Counted from the first letter of the stretch, positions 46,769 to 56,105 are shown. The stretch: DNA of 64,000 nucleotides from an uncultured Bacilli bacterium (GCA_947629165.1 CANRCR010000004.1:4347-68346); one strand, 5' to 3'. A program made the numbers and translations. The notes: a model not told the origin generated them from the letters alone.

Positions 46769-47749
46769 ATGAAAGATATTGGAATCGATCTTGGAACAGC
46801 AAATGTAGTAATCTATGTAAAAGGACAAGGAATTGTATTGAACGAGCCATCCGTTGTTGCGATAGATTCAGATACCAAAAAAGTATTAGCCGTGGGAAAT
46901 GAAGCAAATGAAATGTTGGGTAGAACACCAGGTAAAATTAAAGCCATTCGCCCTATGAAAGACGGTGTCATTGCGGATTTTGATATTACGGGTGCCATGC
47001 TCGATCATTTTATAAAAAAAGCCATTGGGAAACGAATTTTAAAACCGCGTATTTTAATTTGCTGTCCATCTAATATTACACAAGTAGAAAAAACCGCGAT
47101 TGTCGAGGCGGCAGAACATACGGGAGCAAGAAAAGTATTTTTAGAGGAAGAACCCAAAGTAGCCGCGGTCGGAGCTGGACTCGATATTGCCAAACCGAGT
47201 GGAAATATGGTCATCGATATTGGGGGAGGAACGACGGATATTGCCATCCTATCATTAGGAGGAATTGTAAATAGTGAATCGATTCGTATTGCTGGAAATA
47301 CTTTTGATAACGACATTGTGAAATATATAAAGGACAAGCATAAAATTATAATTGGCGACCGAACGGCAGAGCAAATTAAAAAAGAAATAGGAACCGTATA
47401 CGATAGCAGTAAAGAGGAAACCATGGAAGTGAAAGGAAGAGATGCTGTGAGTGGTCTTCCTCGAACCATCACAGTAACACAGGAAGAAATAGAATCCGCT
47501 TTAAAAGAAGATGCGATGAAACTCGTAAGAGCAACCAAATCGGTTTTAGAGCAAACCCCACCAGAGTTATCCGCAGATATTGTGGATAAAGGAATTATCT
47601 TAACCGGAGGAGGAGCCTTACTCGAAGGAATTCCACAACTTTTAAAAGAAGAATTACAAGTGCCTGTATTTGTTGCTGACAGTCCGCTTACTTGTGTTGC
47701 AGAAGGAACAGGAGTACTATTAAATCATTTAGAACTTTTAGATAATTAG
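46769..47749 (+). CDS. mbl: Rod shape-determining protein MreB-like (Mbl)
   Basis: Actin-fold motifs DLGTANVVIY and IDIGGGTTDIA; the spoIIID-mbl synteny of Bacilli. Confidence 0.9.
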   Translation: MKDIGIDLGTANVVIYVKGQGIVLNEPSVVAIDSDTKKVLAVGNEANEMLGRTPGKIKAIRPMKDGVIADFDITGAMLDHFIKKAIGKRILKPRILICCPSNITQVEKTAIVEAAEHTGARKVFLEEEPKVAAVGAGLDIAKPSGNMVIDIGGGTTDIAILSLGGIVNSESIRIAGNTFDNDIVKYIKDKHKIIIGDRTAEQIKKEIGTVYDSSKEETMEVKGRDAVSGLPRTITVTQEEIESALKEDAMKLVRATKSVLEQTPPELSADIVDKGIILTGGGALLEGIPQLLKEELQVPVFVADSPLTCVAEGTGVLLNHLELLDN

Positions 47750-47844
47750 AGAAGATAAAACCTTATAAAAATAGGTTTTTTTCTTTTACAATAGAATTTT
47801 AATTTGCTATAATCTAGGTAATGAGTTATAAAGAGGTGTCGTTT

Positions 47845-48936
47845 ATGTTCGATAAAGAAGTAACCAATGTTATTGTTATGGTACTAACGACGTTTATTGT
47901 AAGTGCACTTATTATGCCAGTGATGAAACGCATGGCACACCATATAGGAGCAATCGATGTTCCCCGAAATGATGAAGGGAAACGTCATATTCATAAAAAA
48001 CCCATCCCTAAATTAGGGGGCGTTGGAATTTTTTTAAGTTTTCTGGTTGGCTACATGATCTTTGGTACACACAGTGTTAAAATGAATGCTATTTTAATTG
48101 GAGGATTCCTTATTATCTTGACTGGTATTATGGATGATATTCATGATTTGAGAGCATCTTATAAACTCATCGGTCAAATTGCTGCGGCATTAGTAGTTAC
48201 TATTTACGGTGGAATTTTAATGGAAAATATTACCATTTTAGGTTTACCTAAAATTAACTTTGGAATCTATTCTTATCCCATTACGATCTTTTTCATCGTC
48301 GCTTGTGTGAATGTCATAAACTTAATCGACGGACTCGATGGATTGAGTGGGGGAATATCCTCTATTTTCTACTTAACGACCGGTATTATTTGTTTTTATC
48401 AAATGCGTGTCGGGAGTTTAGAAATGATTCTCAGTTTCATCATGCTAGGCGCTACTTTAGGATTTTTACTGCACAACTTTTATCCCGCCAAGATTTTCGC
48501 TGGAGATTGTTCCCAATTTATGGGATTTATGATCGCAATTATTTCCTTATTAGGATTTAAAACCACTGCTTTTACAACGATATTTGTTCCTTTATCGATT
48601 ATTGCGATTCCAATATTAGATACCTTATTTGCTATTATTAGAAGACTATTAAAAGGACAAGCACCTTTTCAAGCGGATAAACAACATTTACATCATCAAC
48701 TTTTAGGAATGAATTTTTCTCAACGAACTACGGTGTTAATAATATATGTAATTGATGCTTTATTTGCTTTAACATCGATCTTCTATGTCCTAAACGATTC
48801 TATTCTTGCTATGTCGATTTATGGAGTGTTATTTATTTTAATTATATGGTTTGTATGCTACACCAATATTATTACGGATAAAAGGCCTCCCAAATTTAAA
48901 GAGATAAAATCTAAAATAAAACAAAAAAGGGTATAA
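47845..48936 (+). CDS. tagO: Glycosyltransferase family 4 (MraY/WecA/TagO-like polyprenol-phosphate HexNAc-1-phosphate transferase)
   Basis: About 10 transmembrane helices and conserved DD and VINLIDGLDGL motifs. Start moved to ATG 47845 (AGAGGTG RBS). Confidence 0.8.
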   Translation: MFDKEVTNVIVMVLTTFIVSALIMPVMKRMAHHIGAIDVPRNDEGKRHIHKKPIPKLGGVGIFLSFLVGYMIFGTHSVKMNAILIGGFLIILTGIMDDIHDLRASYKLIGQIAAALVVTIYGGILMENITILGLPKINFGIYSYPITIFFIVACVNVINLIDGLDGLSGGISSIFYLTTGIICFYQMRVGSLEMILSFIMLGATLGFLLHNFYPAKIFAGDCSQFMGFMIAIISLLGFKTTAFTTIFVPLSIIAIPILDTLFAIIRRLLKGQAPFQADKQHLHHQLLGMNFSQRTTVLIIYVIDALFALTSIFYVLNDSILAMSIYGVLFILIIWFVCYTNIITDKRPPKFKEIKSKIKQKRV

Positions 48937-48988
48937 CATCTACTATACCTTTTTAAGTGCCTTAAATTAATTAGAAAGAGTGATAAAA

Positions 48989-49726
48989 ATGATTAATTTT
49001 ATTATTTGTGATGATAGTCATGAATTTATAGAAGAAATGAAACAATTGGTAGATCGTTTTATGATGAACTACGATATGGAATACCAATGTATTTTATTAG
49101 ATGATTATGGGAAGAAGTTTCGTGATGTAGTAAATAAAGAAATGGGCTTTAAAGTTTATTTATTAGATATTCAAATGGGAAAGAGTTCTGGACTCGATGC
49201 AGCACGTTATATTCGTGAAGAATATGATGATTGGGTATCGATTATCGTGATTGTTACTGCTTATAATCAGTACAAATACGATGCTATGAGCAATCGGCTC
49301 TATTTACTTGATTATATTAATAAGTTGGATAATTGTGAAAAGAAAGTAAAAGAAGTGTTAGAACTAGCAATCAAACACTATGACCATCGTCATAAAATGC
49401 TCACTTTTGAATATGAGCATGTCGTTCGTAAGATTGAGTACCGGCATATCGTCTATATCGAAAAAGAACCGGATTCAAAACTATGTAAAATTAAAACCAC
49501 CTATGGAGAACAATATATTAATAAATCCGTCAATCAAATTGCTAAAATTTTAGAGAAAGAAAAACGTTTTATGAAAGTAAGTAGAAGTATGATTGTAAAT
49601 CTTGATCAAATCGCAGAGTACGATACAATCGAAACAAAAATTTTATTCAAAAATGGCGAGAGCAGTTATCTTATCTCAAGAGATTACAAAAAGGAGTTGA
49701 GACGCCGTGTTAATAGCAATAACTAG
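48989..49726 (+). CDS. agrA: LytTR-family response regulator (AgrA-like)
   Basis: Receiver domain (IICDD...LLDIQM) and a C-terminal LytTR DNA-binding domain (KIEYRHIVYIEKEPDSKLCKIKTTYGEQYI...KVSRSMIVNLDQI). Confidence 0.85.
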   Translation: MINFIICDDSHEFIEEMKQLVDRFMMNYDMEYQCILLDDYGKKFRDVVNKEMGFKVYLLDIQMGKSSGLDAARYIREEYDDWVSIIVIVTAYNQYKYDAMSNRLYLLDYINKLDNCEKKVKEVLELAIKHYDHRHKMLTFEYEHVVRKIEYRHIVYIEKEPDSKLCKIKTTYGEQYINKSVNQIAKILEKEKRFMKVSRSMIVNLDQIAEYDTIETKILFKNGESSYLISRDYKKELRRRVNSNN

Positions 49727-51014
49727 AATTATATGTAATGAAATTCTATTAATAGCAGGTTTCTTTACGATACGAAAATTAATTAACGAACCTACTTTAA
49801 AATTTAGCCTTAACAAAATTATAATTATTTTAATTGGAGCATGTTTGGTTTCGTTTATAACAATAGAAAAGTATCAAATTATAACTCCTATTTTATCCTA
49901 TTTAATATTTTTAATAATTTATAAATTTATATTTTCTTTTTCTATAACTGAAGCAGTCGTCGATACAGGAATATTTATGATATTGGTTTTTCTTGCAGAA
50001 TTAATTCTTTCACCAATTGTCTTTATAACCCTTCCTAATGTAGAAGTAGCTCGATCTGTACCATGGATTATGATTCTATCTAATATCAGTATTAGCCTAC
50101 TTGCTTATCTTATTAGTAAAATAAAAATTGTTAATAATATGTGCAGTAAATTAGTAAGTAAAATTGACAAAATAAAATGGAAAGAAACCATTACTTTTAT
50201 TATACTAACAATTATTATCTTAAGTGTAATTTTTTCGATTATAGCTAATATCTATAAATTTACGCCCGAATCCTTTATTTGTTTACTGACCGTTATGATT
50301 TTTATTATATTGTTTAGTTTGTATAGTAGGGAAACAAATGAATATATTATCTTAACAGATCAGTATGATGAATTACTTAAATATGTAAGTGAGTTTGAAC
50401 AATTAGCCGATAGTATCGAAGTAGAAAGACATGAGTACAAAAATGATTTAGCCATTTTACAGACAAAAGTAAAAGATAAAGAAATAAAAGAATTTATAAA
50501 TCAAAAATTAACGCAGAAAATGGAAGTGGATACGAGTTGGCAAAAGTCTTTAAAAGAGTTACCGGAAGGCGGTATTAAAGGATTATTATATTATAAAATT
50601 ATTCTAGCTAAAAATAAAAAAATTGAAATTAAAGTGGATATTAGTAAGCAATCAAAAAAGTATTTAAAAAGAATCGATGAACCCGATTACAAAATTTTAT
50701 GTCGACTATTTGGAATCTATTTAGATAATGCGATTGATGCTACAATGAATTCCAAAGAAAAAAGTATGGCTATCGAAATATATGAGTTAAAAAATAAATT
50801 GAATATTGTTATATCCAACAGTTTTACTGGCACTATCGATTTATCGAAAGTAAATAAAAAGGGTTATACAACAAAAGGTGCTGGTCATGGTAAAGGCTTA
50901 TATTATGCAGACAGAATAATTAAAGAAAATCCAATATTTAAAGCAGAGAATAGTATTATAAACCATTTTTATATTTTAAGATTAGTAATCGATCCTACTA
51001 AAAAGAGCCTATGA
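49707..51014 (+). CDS. agrC: AgrC-like (HPK10) sensor histidine kinase
   Basis: 6-7 N-terminal transmembrane helices, H-box ERHEYKNDLAIL, and a GHKL ATPase of the AgrC/ComD type (LFGIYLDNAIDA...GAGHGKGLY). GTG start overlaps agrA by 20 nt. Confidence 0.85.
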   Translation: MLIAITRIICNEILLIAGFFTIRKLINEPTLKFSLNKIIIILIGACLVSFITIEKYQIITPILSYLIFLIIYKFIFSFSITEAVVDTGIFMILVFLAELILSPIVFITLPNVEVARSVPWIMILSNISISLLAYLISKIKIVNNMCSKLVSKIDKIKWKETITFIILTIIILSVIFSIIANIYKFTPESFICLLTVMIFIILFSLYSRETNEYIILTDQYDELLKYVSEFEQLADSIEVERHEYKNDLAILQTKVKDKEIKEFINQKLTQKMEVDTSWQKSLKELPEGGIKGLLYYKIILAKNKKIEIKVDISKQSKKYLKRIDEPDYKILCRLFGIYLDNAIDATMNSKEKSMAIEIYELKNKLNIVISNSFTGTIDLSKVNKKGYTTKGAGHGKGLYYADRIIKENPIFKAENSIINHFYILRLVIDPTKKSL

Positions 51015-51023
51015 TAGGCTCTT
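51003..51023. terminator. Bidirectional hairpin between convergent agrC and agrD
   Basis: AAGAGCCTAT / ATAGGCTCTT inverted repeat overlapping the agrC stop, flanked by A-runs and T-runs. Confidence 0.6.
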
Positions 51024-51026
51024 CTT

Positions 51027-51149
51027 TTAATCTTGTAAACTTTTTGGAGCAACAGGTTCGTCAATCATAATAATTAAGCATCCAAGACTTGCAGCACTTG
51101 ACGCAACCATTGCAGCAGCAGCTAAAGCTAATGATAACATTTTTTTCAT
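51027..51149 (-). CDS. agrD: AgrD-like autoinducing-peptide precursor (40 aa, not in the ORF track)
   Basis: Reverse-strand ORF MKKMLSLALAAAAMVASSAASLGCLIIMIDEPVAPKSLQD with strong RBS AAGGAGG. It has a hydrophobic leader, a single Cys followed by four hydrophobic residues (CLIIM), and a charged tail DEPxxPKSLxD. That tail resembles the staphylococcal and clostridial AgrD C-terminal recognition motif. Confidence 0.75.
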   Translation of the reverse strand: MKKMLSLALAAAAMVASSAASLGCLIIMIDEPVAPKSLQD

Positions 51150-51204
51150 TTTTACTACCTCCTTTAATTCTTCTCTATGTGAAGTACATTGCTGTACACT
51201 TCAC

Positions 51205-51801
51205 CTAATTGACCTTTTTCCAATTACAATAAGGTTGTCCTAAAATACGATAAGTAATTGGTAAAATAACAATCATTTGAATAATTAAAGAGATGAGTAA
51301 CAAGCGACTAATCGTATCATTTGGAATGAGAAAAACACCAAGTGTATAGATAATTCCAATAATAACGGTAACAATTTTTCGAATTAACCTTTTCTTTTTA
51401 TTTCGAAGAGGTCTTTTTACGGTGTCACTAGGAGCATATAAGAGATAAGATAAGAGACAAATACCACAAATAACTGCCTGAATCCAAAGATTCATTGATA
51501 AATGTAAAAAAATATAAGGGATTACAATAAAATAAATTGTAGAAGTAATTAAACAAGTTTTACTATCGCCAGCATGTACTCCAAAACCAGTAAAACGAAT
51601 AATATTAAAGAGAATTAATATTAGAAAAACTTCCTGTTCCATATGGAGCAAGAAAGCCAAAAGAACGATAACCACAAGTTTAGTAAGGGTTAAATAAATT
51701 CCCTCCAGTCCATAACGTAATAATTCTAATTCTTCTTTTGTATATGGATCATGATATTGTTGAATTAAGTTCATAGTTTTATTTAAAAATAATTCCTTCA
51801 T
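51205..51801 (-). CDS. agrB: AgrB-family membrane peptidase (AIP processing/export)
   Basis: Polytopic membrane protein with the conserved catalytic His...Cys block (RFTGFGVHAGDSKTCLITS) in the AgrB position. RBS GAGGTG 6 nt upstream of ATG (MKELFLNK). Confidence 0.8.
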   Translation of the reverse strand: MKELFLNKTMNLIQQYHDPYTKEELELLRYGLEGIYLTLTKLVVIVLLAFLLHMEQEVFLILILFNIIRFTGFGVHAGDSKTCLITSTIYFIVIPYIFLHLSMNLWIQAVICGICLLSYLLYAPSDTVKRPLRNKKKRLIRKIVTVIIGIIYTLGVFLIPNDTISRLLLISLIIQMIVILPITYRILGQPYCNWKKVN

Positions 51802-51861
51802 ACTGCACACCTCGGAATTCTAAATCATAAAAATTATATACAAAAAATAGCCCAAAGAATT

Positions 51862-51932
51862 AAATTGGTATTAATTGGTAAAAAATTTGTAAAAATTTGG
51901 TATTTTTTGTCGAATTTTATGAATTTGTTACC
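51862..51932. promoter_or_regulatory. Tandem about 10-bp direct repeats (AATTGGTA / AATTTGTA / AATTTGGTA / AATTTGTTA) upstream of agrB, candidate LytTR (AgrA) binding sites
   Basis: Copies at 51863, 51873, 51884 and 51894 with helical periodicity, plus a further copy at about 51922. They lie 55-130 bp upstream of the agrB start, in the agrB/csp divergent region. Confidence 0.45.
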
Positions 51933-52024
51933 GAAAAAGGCACTAAAATGACAAGTTAAGGAAATTTTTACCAAAGAGTAATTTTTTTGATAAGATGGAT
52001 ATGCGCAAAAAAGGAGTGTTATTC

Positions 52025-52285
52025 ATGAAAACGCAAATAGTTGAAGAGAAAGAAGGAGGAAATGCTGTGAGAGGTACAGTAAAGTGGTTCAACAATGAGA
52101 AAGGTTACGGATTTATTGATAGCCCTGGGAAAGAAGATATATTCGTACACTATTCAGCCATTAAATGTGAAGGATACAAAACATTAGCTGAAGGACAAAC
52201 GGTAGAATTTAAATTGCTTGAAACTTCAAAAGGATTACAAGCCGTTAATGTGACCCCAATCCAAGAAGCAGTAACAACCGCCTAA
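52025..52285 (+). CDS. csp: Cold-shock protein (CspA family) with a short N-terminal extension
   Basis: RNP1 KGYGFI and RNP2 FVHYS motifs; start ATG 52025 after AAAGGAGTG. Confidence 0.85.
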   Translation: MKTQIVEEKEGGNAVRGTVKWFNNEKGYGFIDSPGKEDIFVHYSAIKCEGYKTLAEGQTVEFKLLETSKGLQAVNVTPIQEAVTTA

Positions 52286-52300
52286 GCGGTTCTTTTTTTT
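52276..52300 (+). terminator. Rho-independent terminator after csp
   Basis: Stem AACCGC, loop CTAA, stem GCGGTT, then T9. Confidence 0.75.
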
Positions 52301-52376
52301 GAAAAATTATGGAAAAAAGACAAAATTAGATAAATTTTTAAGGAAACTATGATATGATATAGAAAAGGAGGACGAA

Positions 52377-52910
52377 TTGTACATGAAAGTTACAATCAGA
52401 GGGGAAAAGACAAAAATTACCCAAGCAATGACAGATTATGCAAATGAAAAGTTGGCAAAATTAGATAAGTATGTCGACAATAGTGCAACTGTAAATGCAA
52501 ATGTTTTGGTGAAACTTCGTAATCATCAAGACAAGGTAGAAGTTACGATTCCCCTAAAATCTTATATCTTAAGAGCAGAGGAGTCACAAGATGATTTCTA
52601 TGCTGCTATCGACGTCGTAGTAGAGAAATTAGAAAGGCAGATTCGAAAGAATAAGACCCGCTTACAATCACAAATAAGAGACAAGAAAGAATTCCTATTC
52701 GATAATTTAGAACAAGAAGAGGAAGAGGAAAAAGAAGTGATTGTAAAACGCAAAAAAGTCGAAGTAAAACCAATGAGTGAAGAAGAAGCTATTCTTCAAA
52801 TGGAATTACTCGGTCACCAATTTTATTTGTTTAAAGATGTCGATACCAATCAGCCAACAGTAATCTATAAGAGAAAAGATGGAGATTACGGAATTATCGA
52901 GGCTGAATAA
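52377..52910 (+). CDS. hpf: Ribosome hibernation promoting factor (long form HPF/YvyD)
   Basis: N-terminal RaiA-like domain (KVTIRGEK...IT) plus a C-terminal dimerisation domain. Start is TTG 52377 or ATG 52383. Confidence 0.9.
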   Translation: MYMKVTIRGEKTKITQAMTDYANEKLAKLDKYVDNSATVNANVLVKLRNHQDKVEVTIPLKSYILRAEESQDDFYAAIDVVVEKLERQIRKNKTRLQSQIRDKKEFLFDNLEQEEEEEKEVIVKRKKVEVKPMSEEEAILQMELLGHQFYLFKDVDTNQPTVIYKRKDGDYGIIEAE

Positions 52911-53046
52911 AATTTTATCTACGAAAAGAGAAGGAATAAGAAATACTTATTCTTTCTTTTGTGAAATAATATGTAATAATAGGGAAAAAACTTTTATTTT
53001 TATTTCATTTTTGTTAAAATAGAAGATATCTAAAGGAGTGATTCAG

Positions 53047-55536
53047 ATGAGTATATTTAAAAGTCTTTTTGATCATGAATATAAAGAATTAAAAAAGTTT
53101 AATGCTATCGCCGAAAAAGTAGATGCATTAGATGAAGAAATGCAAAAATTAACCGATGAACAATTAAAGAATAAAACAGTAGAATTTAAAAAGAGATTAG
53201 AAGATGGAGAAACTTTAGAAGATATATTAGTCGAAGCTTTTGCGGTGGTTCGTGAAGCCGATTACCGAGCTATTGGACTAAAACCATTCTATGTACAAAT
53301 ATTAGGTGCACTTGCCATTCATTACGGTAATATTGCCGAGATGAAAACTGGTGAAGGAAAAACATTGGTAGCAACGATGCCTGCGTATTTAAATGCCTTA
53401 ACAGGAAAAGGAGTACATATTGTAACGGTCAATGAATACCTAGCCGATCGTGATGCGAACTGGATGGGAAAAGTTTATAACTTTTTAGGACTAACCGTAG
53501 GTATCAATCGCCGTGATTTAACACCGAAAGAAAAACAAGACCAATATGCTTGTGATATTTTATATACTACTAATAATGAGGTTGGATTCGATTATTTGCG
53601 TGATAACATGGTTGTTCGTAAAGAAGATCGTGTACAACGTCCACTAAATTTTGCTATTGTCGACGAGGTGGATTCGGTTTTAATTGATGAAGCGAGAACG
53701 CCATTAATTATTTCTGGAGGTCAAATGCAAAGTGCCAATCTTTATATCGATGCCGATCGCTTTGCCAAGACCTTAAAGAAAGAAAAAGATTTTATATACG
53801 ATGAAAAAACAAAAAGTGTTTCACTTACGGACGAAGGAGTAACAAAGGCCGAAAAACATTTTAAAATAGATAATCTTTATGATTTAAAAGCGGCCTCTTT
53901 AGTACACTATATCAATCAAGCTTTACGTGCTAATTTCTCTATGCGTAAAGATGTCGATTATGTTGTTCAAGAAGATAAGATTATTATTGTCGATCAGTTT
54001 ACAGGGCGCTTAATGCCAGGACGTGCTTTTAGTGATGGTTTACATCAAGCTTTGGAAGCAAAAGAGGGCGTAACAATCAATCAAGAGACTAAAACGCTTG
54101 CCACTATTACGTTCCAAAATTTGTTCCGTATGTACAAAAAACTAGCTGGAATGACCGGTACAGCGAAGACAGAAGAGGAAGAATTCCGTAATATTTACAA
54201 CATGTATGTTATTACAATACCAACTAATATGCCAGTAATTCGTACGGATGCACCTGATTTAGTGTATGCTACAAAACAAGCAAAATATAAAGCAATCATA
54301 AATGAAATCGAACGTCGTTATAAAAATGGGCAACCTGTCTTAGTAGGTACGATTGCTATTGAAACCAGTGAATTAGTAAGTAGTTTATTAAAACAAAAAC
54401 ATATCCCACATGAAGTTTTAAACGCTAAAAACCATGCTCGTGAAGCAGAAATCATTGAAAAAATTGGTATGGGTAAATCCGTAACCATTGCTACTAACAT
54501 GGCTGGACGTGGAACCGATATTAAATTGTCAGATGAAGTGAGAGAATTAGGTGGATTATGTGTAATCGGAACCGAACGTCATGAATCACGCCGTATCGAT
54601 AACCAGTTACGTGGTCGTTCAGGACGGCAAGGAGATCCTGGATTTACACAATTCTTTGTTTCGATGGAAGACGACCTTATGGTTCGCTTCGGTTCGGATC
54701 GTATTAAAACGATGATGCAATCCTTTGGATTTAATGATCAACCAATTCAAAGTAAAGCCTTTACGAAAGCAATCTCTTCTGCACAACAACGTGTTGAAGG
54801 AAATAACTTCGATATTCGTAAACAATTACTTCAATACGATGATGTTATGAATCAACAAAGAGAAATCATGTATGGAAGACGTAATGAAATTTTGGATAGT
54901 GAATCAATCCATACGACAGTATTAGAATCTTTCCGTAACCATGTTTCTGATTTAGTCAAATCACATGTATATCCAGAAGGACATTTAACGAATCAAGATG
55001 TAGCTGAAATAACAGACTATGTAAATGAAAACCTCTTAAAAAAGAATATTAAAAAAGAAGAAATTGATAATAAAACAGAAGAAGAAATGACCGATTACTT
55101 ATACGATAAGGTCGTTAAAGAATATGAATCAAAATTAAAAGATTTACCGCCTGAAATTCGTGATGAATTTGAAAAAGCAATCACTCTTAATATTATCGAT
55201 AATTACTGGATGGAACACATTAATACTTTATCGCATTTAAGAGAAGGTATTGGTCTAAGAGGATATGGTCAAGAAGATCCGCTTCGTGCGTACACGATGG
55301 AAGGATTCGATTTATTCGATCAAATGCAACAAAGAATTGATAAAGATGTTACAACATTCCTAGTTCGTGCCGAAGTAAGACAAAACATCGAACGAAAAGA
55401 AGTTGTAAAAGAAAAAATGACCAACGAAGATAAAAGTGATAAAAAGAGCGCTCCAAAAAGAGTAAAGAAAATAGGAAGAAACGATCCATGTCCATGCGGC
55501 AGTGGTAAAAAGTATAAAAATTGTTGTGGTAAATAA
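53047..55536 (+). CDS. secA: Preprotein translocase ATPase SecA
   Basis: Walker A MKTGEGKT, DEAD-like DEVD, and a C-terminal zinc finger CPCGSGKKYKNCCG. Start at MSIFKSLF with AAAGGAGTG RBS. Confidence 0.95.
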   Translation: MSIFKSLFDHEYKELKKFNAIAEKVDALDEEMQKLTDEQLKNKTVEFKKRLEDGETLEDILVEAFAVVREADYRAIGLKPFYVQILGALAIHYGNIAEMKTGEGKTLVATMPAYLNALTGKGVHIVTVNEYLADRDANWMGKVYNFLGLTVGINRRDLTPKEKQDQYACDILYTTNNEVGFDYLRDNMVVRKEDRVQRPLNFAIVDEVDSVLIDEARTPLIISGGQMQSANLYIDADRFAKTLKKEKDFIYDEKTKSVSLTDEGVTKAEKHFKIDNLYDLKAASLVHYINQALRANFSMRKDVDYVVQEDKIIIVDQFTGRLMPGRAFSDGLHQALEAKEGVTINQETKTLATITFQNLFRMYKKLAGMTGTAKTEEEEFRNIYNMYVITIPTNMPVIRTDAPDLVYATKQAKYKAIINEIERRYKNGQPVLVGTIAIETSELVSSLLKQKHIPHEVLNAKNHAREAEIIEKIGMGKSVTIATNMAGRGTDIKLSDEVRELGGLCVIGTERHESRRIDNQLRGRSGRQGDPGFTQFFVSMEDDLMVRFGSDRIKTMMQSFGFNDQPIQSKAFTKAISSAQQRVEGNNFDIRKQLLQYDDVMNQQREIMYGRRNEILDSESIHTTVLESFRNHVSDLVKSHVYPEGHLTNQDVAEITDYVNENLLKKNIKKEEIDNKTEEEMTDYLYDKVVKEYESKLKDLPPEIRDEFEKAITLNIIDNYWMEHINTLSHLREGIGLRGYGQEDPLRAYTMEGFDLFDQMQQRIDKDVTTFLVRAEVRQNIERKEVVKEKMTNEDKSDKKSAPKRVKKIGRNDPCPCGSGKKYKNCCGK

Positions 55537-55580
55537 TCTCGCAAAGTCCCATAAATAAAGGGACGACGAGATTTTTCTTT
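55537..55580 (+). terminator. Terminator after secA (nested stems)
   Basis: Outer stem TCTCG/CGAGA and inner stem GTCCC/GGGAC, then a T-run. Confidence 0.6.
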
Positions 55581-55877
55581 TGTTAAAAAATGCTAAAAAA
55601 GTAGTAAAACAACTTAAAATGTTATCAAAATGTGCACAAAAATTTAAATTGTTCCCAAAAATGTCAAAAATCCCCGTAAAATTAAGGTTTCCCAATGGGA
55701 ACATTTATTTTGGATCAGCTTTTAAGCTGATTTTTTTGTTTTCATATAGAAATAGTTTAAAATTATAAACATTTATTTTAATTTTACGAATTAATAGTAT
55801 ATATATTTAAATAAAATATTTAAAATATAAATAATTATGATATAATTAATTTGAAAGTATAAAGGATGTGAAATAAA

Positions 55878-56105
55878 ATGAAAACAATTTCCTATCTTCC
55901 TTTAGAATGTGAATTAAAAAAGCATAGGATGACCAAAACTCGATTACGAAAACTAACAAAATTGTCTTCAGCAACAATTTCTAAAATATCGAAAAATGAA
56001 GATATGAGTATTGCCGCAATAAAAAAAATAGCTGAGATTTTAGACTGTAATATTGAAAATATAATTGAATTTGAAGATTCAGCCAAAAAGAAGGGGATGA
56101 AATAA
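55878..56105 (+). CDS. XRE-family (Cro/C1-type HTH) transcriptional regulator, 75 aa
   Basis: HTH MTKTRLRKLTKLSSATISKISKNE...AAIKKIAEIL; preceded by a very AT-rich repeated region. Confidence 0.7.
   Translation: MKTISYLPLECELKKHRMTKTRLRKLTKLSSATISKISKNEDMSIAAIKKIAEILDCNIENIIEFEDSAKKKGMK

Noticed and set aside
47005-47538. 177-aa minus-strand ORF inside mbl
   Set aside because: Antisense to the strongly conserved MreB-family gene; hydrophobic low-complexity translation.
55580-55768. 62-aa Lys-rich ORF after secA
   Set aside because: No RBS and a low-complexity product; it sits in an intergenic region that more likely encodes a structured RNA or terminators.
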